From Candidatus Oxydemutatoraceae bacterium (lineage in GTDB: Bacteria; Pseudomonadota; Gammaproteobacteria; Poriferisulfidales; Oxydemutatoraceae), in NCBI GenBank assembly GCA_965218975.1, contig OZ244717.1, forward strand, positions 640,001 to 704,000: 64,000 bases of DNA, given 5' to 3'. The notes beneath the pieces were generated by a model, which saw nothing but the letters and a program-made list of their open reading frames with translations, searched no databases and was not told the DNA's origin. The first letter of the stretch is position 1. Every line of letters begins with the position of its first letter. A program made the translations under genes and the position numbers. Positions 49,242 to 59,182 of this stretch are shown here, one piece after another.

Positions 49242-50123
49242 ATGATACAAGATGCAAAAAATAGAGTTAGGATCCTGAGTGAGGCACTGCCCTACATTCA
49301 GCGGTTTCACGACAAAGTCATTGTCGTGAAATATGGCGGCAATGCGATGACAGATAGCGATATTAAACGTAGCTTTGCTCGTGATACCGTACTACTCAAG
49401 CAAGTCGGCCTGCATCCGCTCATTGTGCACGGCGGCGGTCCGAGTATTTCAAAAACTTTAACGAAGCATAATATCAACAGCGAGTTTATCCATGGGATTC
49501 GAGTTACCGACAATGCGACAATGGAAGTGGTTGATGAATGCCTTGCGCAAATTAATCGGGAATTGTGCGATACGATTGCTGCGCTTGGCGGTAAAGCAAT
49601 CAGTCTTGCACACGACGGACATCGCATGGTGTATGCACGCAAAATGCGAATCTCCGGTCACCCGGAGGTGGACTTAGGACGCGTCGGCGAGGTCGCAGGA
49701 GTGGATGACAGATTGAAGAAGTTGGCGATTGATTCCGAACAAATTCCGGTGGTATCGCCTGTCGGTGTCGATCAAAATAATCTCATTTATAACGTCAATG
49801 CAGACTTGGCCGCCGCTGGGGTCGCCGCTTTTCTACAAACCGAAAAGTTGATTTTAATGACGAACACACCCGGAGTCATGGATGCCGAAGGCAATTTACT
49901 GGCAACATTGTCAGCGGATGAAACGTGGAAATGGATTGAAAGCGATGTAATACAAGGGGGGATGTTACCGAAAGTGCGGTGCGCTTTTAACGCAGTCAAC
50001 GCAGGCGTACACGCCGCGCATATCATTGACGGGCGCGAACAGCACGCTTTGCTACTAGAGCTTTTGACCGATGCCGGAGTGGGCACTTTGATTGCAAAAG
50101 ACGCCGCGACTAAAACCGGCTAA
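49242..50123 (+). CDS. argB: Acetylglutamate kinase
   Basis: LSEALPYI, VKYGGNAM, VHGGGP, NVNAD, GGMLPKV. Confidence 0.97.
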   Translation: MIQDAKNRVRILSEALPYIQRFHDKVIVVKYGGNAMTDSDIKRSFARDTVLLKQVGLHPLIVHGGGPSISKTLTKHNINSEFIHGIRVTDNATMEVVDECLAQINRELCDTIAALGGKAISLAHDGHRMVYARKMRISGHPEVDLGRVGEVAGVDDRLKKLAIDSEQIPVVSPVGVDQNNLIYNVNADLAAAGVAAFLQTEKLILMTNTPGVMDAEGNLLATLSADETWKWIESDVIQGGMLPKVRCAFNAVNAGVHAAHIIDGREQHALLLELLTDAGVGTLIAKDAATKTG

Positions 50124-50758
50124 GCGGCATACTGCGAACGGTACTCCCTTAATACATCCAGCTGTGCGGCATATTGCGGATCATCCCGTATAAATCTGAT
50201 CAAATCGGTAACGTTTGCAATGCTAATGACTCGTAGACAATAAATCTCTTCAATTTCATGCACTGCCGACTGTTGCCCGGCCCCTCTTTCCTGGCGATCA
50301 AAAGCCGTAACGATCGCGACTGCTTGCGCACCGGCTTGCTTAATCAGCGATAAGGCCCCGCGTGCCGCAGTACCCGCTGTAATCACATCATCCACAACGA
50401 CTAACTGCCCGTTCAACGGTGCGCCAAGTATGCATCCGCCTTCGCCGTGATCTTTCACTTCTTTGCGATGAACAGAAAGACATATATTCACATTAAATTT
50501 CTGCTCAAGATAAATCACCGTCGCCGTGGCGATAGGGATGCCTTTATATGCCAACCCGAAAATACCATCAAACTCAATCCCTGCGGCATAGATGGTCTGG
50601 GCATAAAACATGCCTAATTGGCGGAGCGCGACACCGGAGTGCAGCATACCCGCATTGAAAAAATACGGACTGACCCGGCCGGATTTTAGCTTAAATCTAC
50701 CGAACTGCAATGCGCCATGATTGAGTGCAAATTTCAAGAAACGGTGACTGTAAGACAT
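50120..50758 (-). CDS. pyrE: Orotate phosphoribosyltransferase
   Basis: FGRFKLKSGRVSPYFFN, RKEVKDHGEGG, VVDDVITAGT. Confidence 0.96.
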   Translation of the reverse strand: MSYSHRFLKFALNHGALQFGRFKLKSGRVSPYFFNAGMLHSGVALRQLGMFYAQTIYAAGIEFDGIFGLAYKGIPIATATVIYLEQKFNVNICLSVHRKEVKDHGEGGCILGAPLNGQLVVVDDVITAGTAARGALSLIKQAGAQAVAIVTAFDRQERGAGQQSAVHEIEEIYCLRVISIANVTDLIRFIRDDPQYAAQLDVLREYRSQYAA

Positions 50759-50899
50759 TGGATTTTTATCGAAACTACTAAAACCGGATGGTCGGCTGGC
50801 GATTATCCGCAATTTACTCTACGGTCTAAGTGCGCATACGGCACCGAGCCACATTGGATCTTAAAAGTATATCGCACCCTTACCTAATTGGAAAACACC

Positions 50900-51242
50900 T
50901 GTACGTGTCCAATACATTCCGGACAAATGAGGCCAGGCAAATAGGGCAGTCGTCGGACAATGACTTGGTACGGAACCATATCGTTTAATCCCCGGTGGAG
51001 GTGCCCGCCGGGGGCGCTCGCCGTTGTAACGTTGCGGGTAATCAATCATCTGCCGGTTAGACTCACCGATGTTTTCAGGCAATCACGCTTCCCGACAAGC
51101 TGTCACTCCTCGTCACCCTTCGTCAAATGCGCTCGGGTACACCCTGGTCCGTAGTTTCTCTCGAAACAGCAAGCCGGTCATTGACCGGCAGGGAACGCCA
51201 TGTGTTGCGGCCGGGCCATGTTTGTCCCGGAATAGCAGGGCT
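50900..51242 (-). mobile_element. IS481-derived remnant / structured tail, copy 1
   Basis: Terminal TGTACGTGTCCAATACATTCCGGACAAA; degenerate YNGERP..HRGL...LSGMYWTRT on minus strand. Confidence 0.65.
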
Positions 51243-52892
51243 TCAAGTTTCTGCCGGGCTTTGGTTCTTATCGTCGTCTCTGTTTTTATTGTATTCTTGA
51301 ATCCATTGCTCGGCCTCTTCCTCGGTGTAACGGCCTGTCACTGCGCGTGAGTCTTGGGGCAATTCATAACTCTCCGGTTGTCCTACATGCTTTTGCAGTC
51401 TCTCCTTGAGGTCTTGAGTACGTTCTTTTTGAGTACGTTCTTTTCCTATGTATCCGGAGACATTTCCGATGATACGCCCCAAACCCTCTTTGCTTAATCC
51501 TCCGGAGAAAACAACGGATGACAAATCCGAGTCCTCACCTATGTGAGACTTAATCTTGTTCTCGAATATGCCAAACGAAAAGCTATCGCAAAACACACCT
51601 TGAAATTGTGCTCCCTCAAGATACGCTCCTTGAAATTGTGCTCCCTGGAGGTTCGCTCCCTGAAATTGTGCTCCCCGGAGGTTCGCTCCCTGAAATTGTG
51701 CTCCCCGGAGATCCGCTCCTTGAAATTGTGCTCTCCGGAGATCCGCTCCTTGAAATTGTGCTCCCTGGAGCTTCGCTCCCTGAAATTGTGCTCCCCGGAG
51801 CTCCGCTCCTTGAAATTGTGCATCCCAGAGATCCGCTCCTTGAAATTGTGCTCCCCGGAGATCCGCTCCTTGAAATTGTGCTCTCCGGAGATCCGCTCCT
51901 TGAAATTGTGCTACCCAGAGCTCCGCTCCTTGAAATTGTGCATCCCAGAGATCCGCTCCTTGAAATTGTGTCCCCCGGAGATCCGCTCCTTGAAATTGTG
52001 TCCCCCGGAGATCCGCTCCTTGAAATTGTGTCCCCCGGAGATCCGCTCCTTGAAATCGGATGCTGTCGTGTAGTGCGACACCTCGAAAATAAGCTTCGGA
52101 CAAGTCCGGTGTCCGGTCTTTCCAGAATTGTTTCAGTGTTTTTTCGGAGTGTATCTTTGTTGTAAACAGCAATTCCAGCAGCGACCGGATTTCGGCAGAG
52201 GGCTTATTCGCATATTCCTCCCGGTATTCTTTTCTGCTCGTGGTCTCGCGAATATGCGCGCATAAGATTTCCGCAATGGATGCACGCAGCCTGTCCTCGT
52301 CCAGGGCAAGGTAAAATAAGGCATAGGCCCCGCCCTGGCGCACAGATACCTGTTCTTTTCCAAGGTGATCTACCGCATCGCGAAAACGCTGCTGACGGTG
52401 ACCCTTCTCTGTTGCTTTGACGACATCGGCCTGAGCTTGGGCGGTCTTGTCCTGGGCTTGGGCGGTCTTGTCCTGGGCTTGGGCGGTCTTGACCTGGGCT
52501 TGAGCGGTCTCGTTCATTGCATCAGCTCTTCGTAAGGCTGCCAGGACTGCCAGTGCGGAAACTAAACCGGCCAGAGCCAACGCCAGGGATTGAATAACAT
52601 CCCGCTTATCTTCTACACCCAGGGAATAACATAAGAACGAGCCAAATTCGAGGCAGTCTTTAGGCACGAAAAACAACGTCAAGATAAGCAGGGCAAAAAC
52701 TATAAAAACGAAAACCAGAATAAGTATTTCTATCCATCGTTCAGGCCAGGCTAAGCGACGCAATCTTTCCCTGTATATGGCCAAGTAGGGCCGAATCTTC
52801 TTCCATGCAGGCCCAGCGAAACCGCGCAATCTTTTCATGCACCTGGTTCGGTAGGACCGAATCTTCTGCCTTAAGTCGGTGAGTTTATTCAT
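51243..52892 (-). CDS. Membrane-anchored pentapeptide-repeat protein, paralog 1
   Basis: Two TMs, RFRDAVDHLG...VRQGGAYAL...ILCAHIRE domain, 15 GAxLxxAQFQ decamers. Confidence 0.93.
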   Translation of the reverse strand: MNKLTDLRQKIRSYRTRCMKRLRGFAGPAWKKIRPYLAIYRERLRRLAWPERWIEILILVFVFIVFALLILTLFFVPKDCLEFGSFLCYSLGVEDKRDVIQSLALALAGLVSALAVLAALRRADAMNETAQAQVKTAQAQDKTAQAQDKTAQAQADVVKATEKGHRQQRFRDAVDHLGKEQVSVRQGGAYALFYLALDEDRLRASIAEILCAHIRETTSRKEYREEYANKPSAEIRSLLELLFTTKIHSEKTLKQFWKDRTPDLSEAYFRGVALHDSIRFQGADLRGTQFQGADLRGTQFQGADLRGTQFQGADLWDAQFQGAELWVAQFQGADLRRAQFQGADLRGAQFQGADLWDAQFQGAELRGAQFQGAKLQGAQFQGADLRRAQFQGADLRGAQFQGANLRGAQFQGANLQGAQFQGAYLEGAQFQGVFCDSFSFGIFENKIKSHIGEDSDLSSVVFSGGLSKEGLGRIIGNVSGYIGKERTQKERTQDLKERLQKHVGQPESYELPQDSRAVTGRYTEEEAEQWIQEYNKNRDDDKNQSPAET

Positions 52893-53063
52893 CTTTACAC
52901 CTCCGGCGCGAGAACAGACGTCTTTGTTCTCGATGCCGTAAACATCAGTGATGTTTCCGCAGAAAAAATCCTGCAGAAAATCTCTGCGGGCTGAAAGAAA
53001 CGAGGCGTAGGCCTCAAATTGAAAATCAAGCGGTGCGGATGTTCAGGGTAACGCAAGACGTAA

Positions 53064-53282
53064 TTAAAGCCGGCTCATGCCGGCAAAAGCAGTGATCGGC
53101 GCTGTCACAACCAGAATTACCGAGATCGCCAGGCTAACAAACCAGGTTTTACCTGAATTGATCCTGTCGCAGATATTCTTTACCTCGGCATCAATGTGGG
53201 TACGCAGCCCTTTTACCTCGGTATCAATCTTCTTATCAAGAGCCTGTAGCTGCTGATAGATTGTCTCTAGTGTAACTTCCAT
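53064..53282 (-). CDS. Small coiled-coil protein with C-terminal TM
   Basis: AAGGA RBS; LDKKIDTEVKGLR; hydrophobic tail. Confidence 0.7.
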   Translation of the reverse strand: MEVTLETIYQQLQALDKKIDTEVKGLRTHIDAEVKNICDRINSGKTWFVSLAISVILVVTAPITAFAGMSRL

Positions 53283-53485
53283 AAATTTTTCCTTATCGGT
53301 GCAAGATCAGCACAAGGGAATCCCTCACGAGCCCCTTCCCTGCAAACGAGTAAAAAGGCAAGGCACGCACCTTACAGGCTTAAAAGCAGAGTAAAGGGAA
53401 GGCGGCAGGTTTGTCAAATCAGTGCATCGATCCAAAACACCCATTTCGTGTAGATGCAGTCTGTGACGGATCGTTCCGCGCATCC

Positions 53486-53707
53486 TCATGTTTGCAGTCT
53501 CGTTATCAAACTAACCGCGGCAATGATGATGCCGGCAATGATAGTCTGGGCATAAAACATGCCTAATTGGCGGAGCGCGACACCGGAGTGCAGCATACCC
53601 GCATTGAAAAAATACGGACTGACCCGGCCGGATTTTAGCTTAAATCTACCGAACTGCAATGCGCCATGATTAAGTGCAAATTTCAAGAAACGGTGACTGT
53701 AAGACAT
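53486..53707 (-). pseudogene. Chimeric pyrE 5' fragment fused to a TM tail
   Basis: MSYSHRF...FYAQT from pyrE, then IIAGIIIAAVSLITRLQT*. Confidence 0.85.
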
Positions 53708-53848
53708 TGGATTTTTATCGAAACTACTAAAACCGGATGGTCGGCTGGCGATTATCCGCAATTTACTCTACGGTCTAAGTGCGCATACGGCACCGAGCCA
53801 CATTGGATCTTAAAAGTATATCGCACCCTTACCTAATTGGAAAACACC

Positions 53849-54180
53849 TGTACGTGTCCAATACATTCCGGACAAATGAGGCCAGGCAAATAGGGCAGTC
53901 GTCGGACAATGACTTGGTACGGAACCATATCGTTTAATCCCCGGTGGAGGTGCCCGCCGGGGTGCTCGCCGTTGTAACGTTGCGGGTAATCAATCATCTG
54001 CCGGTTAGACTCACCGATGTTTTCAGGCAATCACGCTTCCCGACAAGCTGCCACTCTTCGTCAAATGCGCTTGGGTACACCCTGGTCCGTAGTTTCTCCC
54101 GAAACAGCAAGCCGGTCATTGACCGGCAGGGAACGCCATGTGTTGCGGCCGGGCCATGTTTGTCCCGGAATAGCAGGGCT
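53849..54180 (-). mobile_element. IS481-derived remnant / structured tail, copy 2
   Basis: Near-identical to 50900-51242 with a small deletion. Confidence 0.65.
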
Positions 54181-55839
54181 TCAAGTTTCTGCCGGGCTTC
54201 GGTTCTTATCGTCGTCTCTGTTTCTGTTGTATTCTTGAATCCATTGCTCGGCCTCTTCCTCGGTGTAACGGCCTGTCACTGCGCGTGAGTCTTGGGGCAA
54301 TTCATGACTCTCCGGTTGTCCTACATGCTTTTGCAGTCTCTCCTTGAGGTCTTGAGTACGTTCTTTTCCTATGTATCCGGAGACATTTCCGATGATACGC
54401 TCCACATCCTCTTCGCTTAATCCGCCGGAAAAAACAACGCGTGACAAATCCGAGTCCTTGCCTATGTGAGACCTAATCCTGGCATGGAATGCGCCAATCG
54501 AACCGCCATCGCAAAACACACCTCGGAATTGTGCTACCTCGAGATCCGCTTCTTGAAATTGTGCTCCCCCGAGCTCCGCTCCTTGAAATTGTGCTCCCCC
54601 GAGATCCGCTCCTTGGAATTTTGCTTCCAGGAGATTCGCTCCTTGAAATTTTGCTTCCCAGAGCTTCGCTCCTTGAAATTGTGCTCCCCTGAGATACGCT
54701 CCTTGAAATTGTGCATCCTCGAGCTTCGCTCCTTGGAATTGCGCTTCCCAGAGCCTCACTACTCCTTGAAATCGTGCTCCCCTGAGCTCTGCTCCTTGAA
54801 ATTGTGCTCTCCGGAGATCCGCTCCTTGAAATTGTGCTACCCAGAGCTCCGCTCCTTGAAATTGTGCATCCCAGAGATCCGCTCCTTGAAATTGTGTCCC
54901 CCGGAGATCCGCTCCTTGAAATTGTGTCCCCCGGAGATCCGCTCCTTGAAATTGTGTCCCCCGGAGATCCGCTCCTTGAAATCGGATGCTGTCGTGTAGT
55001 GCGACACCTCGAAAATAAGCTTCGGACAAGTCCGGTGTCCGGTCTTTCCAGAATTGTTTCAGTGTTTTTTCGGAGTGTATCTTTGTTGTAAACAGCAATT
55101 CCAGCAGCGACCGGATTTCGGCAGAGGGCTTATTCGCATATTCCTCCTGGTATTCTTTTCTGCTCGTGGTCTCGCGAATATGCGCGCATAAGATTTCCGC
55201 AATGGATGCACGCAGCCTGTCCTCGTCCAGGGCAAGGTAAAATAAGGCATAGGCCCCGCCCTGGCGCACAGATACCTGTTCTTTTCCAAGGTGATCTACC
55301 GCATCGCGAAAACGCTGCTGACGGTGACCCTTCTCTGTTGCTTTGACGACATCGGCCTGAGCTTGGGCGGTCTTGTCCTGGGCTTGGGCGGTCTTGTCCT
55401 GGGCTTGGGCGGTCTTGTCCTGGGCTTGGGCGGTCTTGACCTGGGCTTGAGCGGTCTCGTTCATTGCATCAGCTCTTCGTAAGGCTGCCAGGACTGCCAG
55501 TGCGGAAACTAAACCGGCCAGAGCCAACGCCAGGGATTGAATAACATCCCGCTTATCTTCTACACCCAGGGAATAACATAAGAACGAGCCAAATTCGAGG
55601 CAGTCTTTAGGCACGAAAAACAACGTCAAGATAAGCAGGGCAAAAACTATAAAAACGAAAACCAGAATAAGTATTTCTATCCATCGTTCAGGCCAGGCTA
55701 AGAGACGCAATCTTTCCCTGTATATGGCCAAGTAGGGCCGAATCTTCTTCCATGCAGGCCCAGCGAAACCGCGCAATCTTTTCATGCACCTGGTTCGGTA
55801 GGACCGAATCTTCTGCCTTAAGTCGGTGAGTTTATTCAT
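54181..55839 (-). CDS. Membrane-anchored pentapeptide-repeat protein, paralog 2
   Basis: Same architecture, 15 repeat units. Confidence 0.93.
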   Translation of the reverse strand: MNKLTDLRQKIRSYRTRCMKRLRGFAGPAWKKIRPYLAIYRERLRLLAWPERWIEILILVFVFIVFALLILTLFFVPKDCLEFGSFLCYSLGVEDKRDVIQSLALALAGLVSALAVLAALRRADAMNETAQAQVKTAQAQDKTAQAQDKTAQAQDKTAQAQADVVKATEKGHRQQRFRDAVDHLGKEQVSVRQGGAYALFYLALDEDRLRASIAEILCAHIRETTSRKEYQEEYANKPSAEIRSLLELLFTTKIHSEKTLKQFWKDRTPDLSEAYFRGVALHDSIRFQGADLRGTQFQGADLRGTQFQGADLRGTQFQGADLWDAQFQGAELWVAQFQGADLRRAQFQGAELRGARFQGVVRLWEAQFQGAKLEDAQFQGAYLRGAQFQGAKLWEAKFQGANLLEAKFQGADLGGAQFQGAELGGAQFQEADLEVAQFRGVFCDGGSIGAFHARIRSHIGKDSDLSRVVFSGGLSEEDVERIIGNVSGYIGKERTQDLKERLQKHVGQPESHELPQDSRAVTGRYTEEEAEQWIQEYNRNRDDDKNRSPAET

Positions 55840-56010
55840 CTTTACACCTCCGGCGCGAGAACAGACGTCTTTGTTCTCGATGCCGTAAACATCAGTGATG
55901 TTTCCGCAGAAAAAATCCTGCAGAAAATCTCTGCGGGCTGAAAGAAACGAGGCGTAGGCCTCAAATTGAAAATCAAGCGGTGCGGATGTTCAGGGTAACG
56001 CAAGACGTAA

Positions 56011-56229
56011 TTAAAGCCGGCTCATGCCGGCAAAAGCAGTGATCGGCGCTGTCACAACCAGAATTACCGAGATCGCCAAGCTGACAAACCAGGTTTTGCC
56101 TGAATCGATCCTGTCGCAGATATTCTTTACTTCGGTACCAATGTGGGCACGCAGCCCTTTTACCTCGGTATCAATCTTCTTATCAAGAGCCTGTAGCTGC
56201 TGATAGATTATTTCTAGTGTAACTTCCAT
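56011..56229 (-). CDS. Small coiled-coil protein with C-terminal TM, copy 2
   Basis: Paralog of 53064-53282 with several substitutions. Confidence 0.7.
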   Translation of the reverse strand: MEVTLEIIYQQLQALDKKIDTEVKGLRAHIGTEVKNICDRIDSGKTWFVSLAISVILVVTAPITAFAGMSRL

Positions 56230-56432
56230 AAATTTTTCCTTATCAGTGCAAGATCAGCACAAGGGAACCCCTCACGAGCCCCTTCCCTGCAAACGAGTAA
56301 AAAGGCAAGGCACGCACCTTACAGGCTTAAAAGCAGAGTAAAGGGAAGGCGGCAGGTTTGTCAAATCAGTGCATCGATCCAAAACACCCGTTTCGTGCAG
56401 CTGCAATTTGTGACGGATCGTTCCGCGCATCC

Positions 56433-56585
56433 TCATGTTTGCAGTCTCGTTATCAAACTAACCGCGGCAATAATGATGCCGGCAATGATAGTCATCCGCC
56501 AGGTGAGCCCGGCTTCCAGCCAGGCTAACTCGGTTTTAAGTTCAGCTTTTAGCTCAGTCAGACCCGCCTTGGTTGCAGCATTATT
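56433..56585 (-). pseudogene. Fragment of a coiled-coil/TM (DUF1640/CCDC90-like) gene
   Basis: NNAATKAGLTELKAELKTEL...MTIIAGIIIAAVSLITRLQT*, preceded by an in-frame TGA. Confidence 0.5.
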
Positions 56586-56660
56586 TCAATTCGCCGCGAC
56601 CGGCTGCATTTCGTTGGACTGATCACGAGACCAAGCAAGAAGTATATCTACATTTTCACT

Positions 56661-58572
56661 CTTGACTTCGTAGGTTTTGACCTTTGGGCAAAAAATAAAT
56701 CCTTTATTATCATAGGGTTACCCGGACGCTGCCGAAAAACCCTATTGTAGTGCCCTCAGGCTTGTTTTATCTTGGATTTTGGGTTATCATTCGGGTCTAT
56801 GTACTTGCGTGAAAAATATGATCCCGAACGTGGCCGCACTCGCTTGCAGATCGTGCGTTCCGTGCGCACTGCCGATGGTCCCCGTCAGCGTGTGGTGCGG
56901 CATATCGGCACTGCCGACAGTCCCGAGCAGCTTGCATCTTTGCGCAAGCTCGGCGAGGTCACCTTGGAAGAGCTGCGCCAAGCCGGTACAGCACAACAGT
57001 CGCTGTTCACACCGAAGCAGTACGCGGATCTCGCAGCTGAGGCACGGCGCGCACCACGGCTGGCGCGCTTCGGGGTAGATCTTGCCGAATGCCGTGAGGA
57101 GATGCGGCTGATGCTTGGGGTGCGCGAGGCGTTCACGCAGATTTATTCGCACTTGGGTTGGAACCAGGTGTTGGGGGCGCGGCGCACAGTAGCGAACCGC
57201 ATCCTGCGCGAGCTGGTACTGGCGCGTATCGCGCAGCCGCAGAGCAAGCGCGCTACGGTGTGCGAGCTCGAACGAAGCGGCGTTTCGCTCAATCTCGACC
57301 GGGTTTACCAGACTATGGACCACCTTGAGGAGGCGGTGATTGCGCGCATCCGGGAACAGTCTCATCAGGCGGCACAGAAGTTGTATGATCAGCCCCTCAA
57401 GGTGTTCTTCTTTGATTGCACGACCCTGTACTTTAAGAGCGAGCAAGAGGACCCGTTGCGCGCGAAAGGTTATAGTAAGGACGGCAAGCCGCACCGCTGC
57501 CAGGTGTTACTGGCACTGATGACGACCTGCGACGGTCTGCCGGTGGACTACGCACTGTTGCCGGGCAACACCTTTGAGGGTAAAACCTTGATGCAGGCAG
57601 TGACAAGTCTGCAACAGAGACATCCGGGTGCTGTATTTACAGTAGTGGCCGATGCGGCGATGCTGAGCCGTGAGAACCAGACATTCCTGCAGGAGCAGGG
57701 CTTGGCCTATGTGCTCGGCTATCGTCTCAAGTCGGCCCCGGTCAAGATCAAGCTGCAGGCCCTCAGTGCAGCAGACGATCAAGGCTGGCTCAAAACGCAA
57801 GACCTGCGTTACCGGATGATTCGCCACGAAGGTCGGCAAATCATAGTCACCTATTCGCGCCGGCGCGCGCGCAAGGACCAAGAAGTTCGGGAACGCATAT
57901 TGGCACAGTTGCGCCGGAAGTATCAACGCAGCGAGCGCCCGGCAGGTTTCGTGGCGCGCGGCTATGCCTGTTACTTAAGCTTCCCCGCAAAGGGCCGGGT
58001 TAAGATTGATGCAGCCAAGGTGGCCGATGCGGCGCGTTGGGACGGCCTGCGCGCAATCATCGCACACGGCAACGAGGAGATGGCGCCAAAGGAATTGCTG
58101 TCGCAGTACCGTCGGTTGTGGGAAGTAGAACATTGCTTTCGCACCAACAAGCATGACCTTTGCATCCGCCCGATCTTTCACTGGAAGCCACGGCGTATCC
58201 AGGCACACATTGCGATCTGCTACATGGCCTTCTGCTGTTTGCAGCAGCTGCGCCGGCGGCTTAAGGCACTGGGCTTCCCGATGAGCGCGGAACGAATCCG
58301 GCGCGAGCTCGACACCTTGCAGTTGAGCATCTTGGTATGTACCGACACACAGAAGCGGTATGCGATGCCGAGCCGCGCGAGTGCGGACGCCAATAGGATC
58401 TACCGTAGTGTCGGCCTGAAATGGAACGAAGCTCCGTTCCCGCTTCCCGACAAGTCACGCCCTGGGGGAAGCTGAGCGCGGAGGACTACAAACAACACCG
58501 TAATGTAGTGCCCTTAAGAATCCTGAAGGCAATAATATCAATCACTTACGAGACAAAACCTACGAAGTCAAG
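56661..58572 (+). mobile_element. IS1634-family insertion sequence
   Basis: Perfect 19-bp TIR CTTGACTTCGTAGGTTTTG / CAAAACCTACGAAGTCAAG flanking the transposase. Confidence 0.92.
56799..58475 (+). CDS. IS1634-family DDE transposase
   Basis: FFDCTTLYF, GYSKD, VVADAAM, YRRLWEVEHCFRTNK.DL.IRPIFHW...IQAHIAIC. Confidence 0.94.
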   Translation: MYLREKYDPERGRTRLQIVRSVRTADGPRQRVVRHIGTADSPEQLASLRKLGEVTLEELRQAGTAQQSLFTPKQYADLAAEARRAPRLARFGVDLAECREEMRLMLGVREAFTQIYSHLGWNQVLGARRTVANRILRELVLARIAQPQSKRATVCELERSGVSLNLDRVYQTMDHLEEAVIARIREQSHQAAQKLYDQPLKVFFFDCTTLYFKSEQEDPLRAKGYSKDGKPHRCQVLLALMTTCDGLPVDYALLPGNTFEGKTLMQAVTSLQQRHPGAVFTVVADAAMLSRENQTFLQEQGLAYVLGYRLKSAPVKIKLQALSAADDQGWLKTQDLRYRMIRHEGRQIIVTYSRRRARKDQEVRERILAQLRRKYQRSERPAGFVARGYACYLSFPAKGRVKIDAAKVADAARWDGLRAIIAHGNEEMAPKELLSQYRRLWEVEHCFRTNKHDLCIRPIFHWKPRRIQAHIAICYMAFCCLQQLRRRLKALGFPMSAERIRRELDTLQLSILVCTDTQKRYAMPSRASADANRIYRSVGLKWNEAPFPLPDKSRPGGS

Positions 58573-58823
58573 ATACCCCGCGATGCCCCAGCGCATAAGT
58601 TCAGAAACATCATCATCGCCGGTGTTATCATTGACTGCAGCCATTGATCCGGCTCTCTGGGCATCCCGCCTCGCGGACGAGCACCGGTACGGGAACAATG
58701 TCGCCAATCTGGAGGCCAGTGATCCCTGGTATCCTCTGAAATCCGCGTTTCAACCGCTACCCAAGGAACGCCGTGAGTCGGTACCGGCGGCGTAGAAACC
58801 GGTCCGATCAAGCATTTCCATCT

Positions 58824-59123
58824 TTAACCTTTATAAGATTTCTCTTGCAGTCCTAGTAGCTTATTTATGTTTTTCATCTCGGTGTCTAGTCGCTGATTTA
58901 TACCTTTTATATCGCCTTTTATCGCTTCGTTGCCTACTAATATCTTAGTAATATTCTCATTAATGCTACCGAGAGTATTTGTTAAATCCTCTATATTCTT
59001 TTTATTGTTTTCCGCCTCTTTCTTAGTTTCCGCCAGCGTAATCCCTCCCCATCCCAGGGAGGTAAGAAGTGCTGCCAACAAAACCCCTATAATCGTCTCA
59101 GATGTATACTTTGGAATGTTCAT
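58824..59123 (-). CDS. Small TM plus coiled-coil protein
   Basis: N-terminal hydrophobic segment and heptad pattern; AT-rich. Confidence 0.65.
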   Translation of the reverse strand: MNIPKYTSETIIGVLLAALLTSLGWGGITLAETKKEAENNKKNIEDLTNTLGSINENITKILVGNEAIKGDIKGINQRLDTEMKNINKLLGLQEKSYKG

Positions 59124-59182
59124 AAAAGCATTGTATCACAAACATATTTTGGTTTTAGTGGCTTTGTACGATGTCACCCTAG

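Larger units (their letters stand above)
50595..56493. repeat. ~2.95-kb imperfect tandem duplication
   Basis: 50595-53543 approximately equals 53544-56493; junction microhomology GAT(G/A)GTC. Confidence 0.93.

Noticed and set aside
45093-50927. Single transposon carrying radC-pyrE between inverted repeats
   Set aside because: The repeats face outward (element bodies lie outside the block), and the enclosed genes are in normal chromosomal order
51539-55091. Repetitive ORFs such as LKLCSPEIRS or EIVLPGDPLL as repeat proteins
   Set aside because: Alternative-frame readings of the 30-nt pentapeptide repeat
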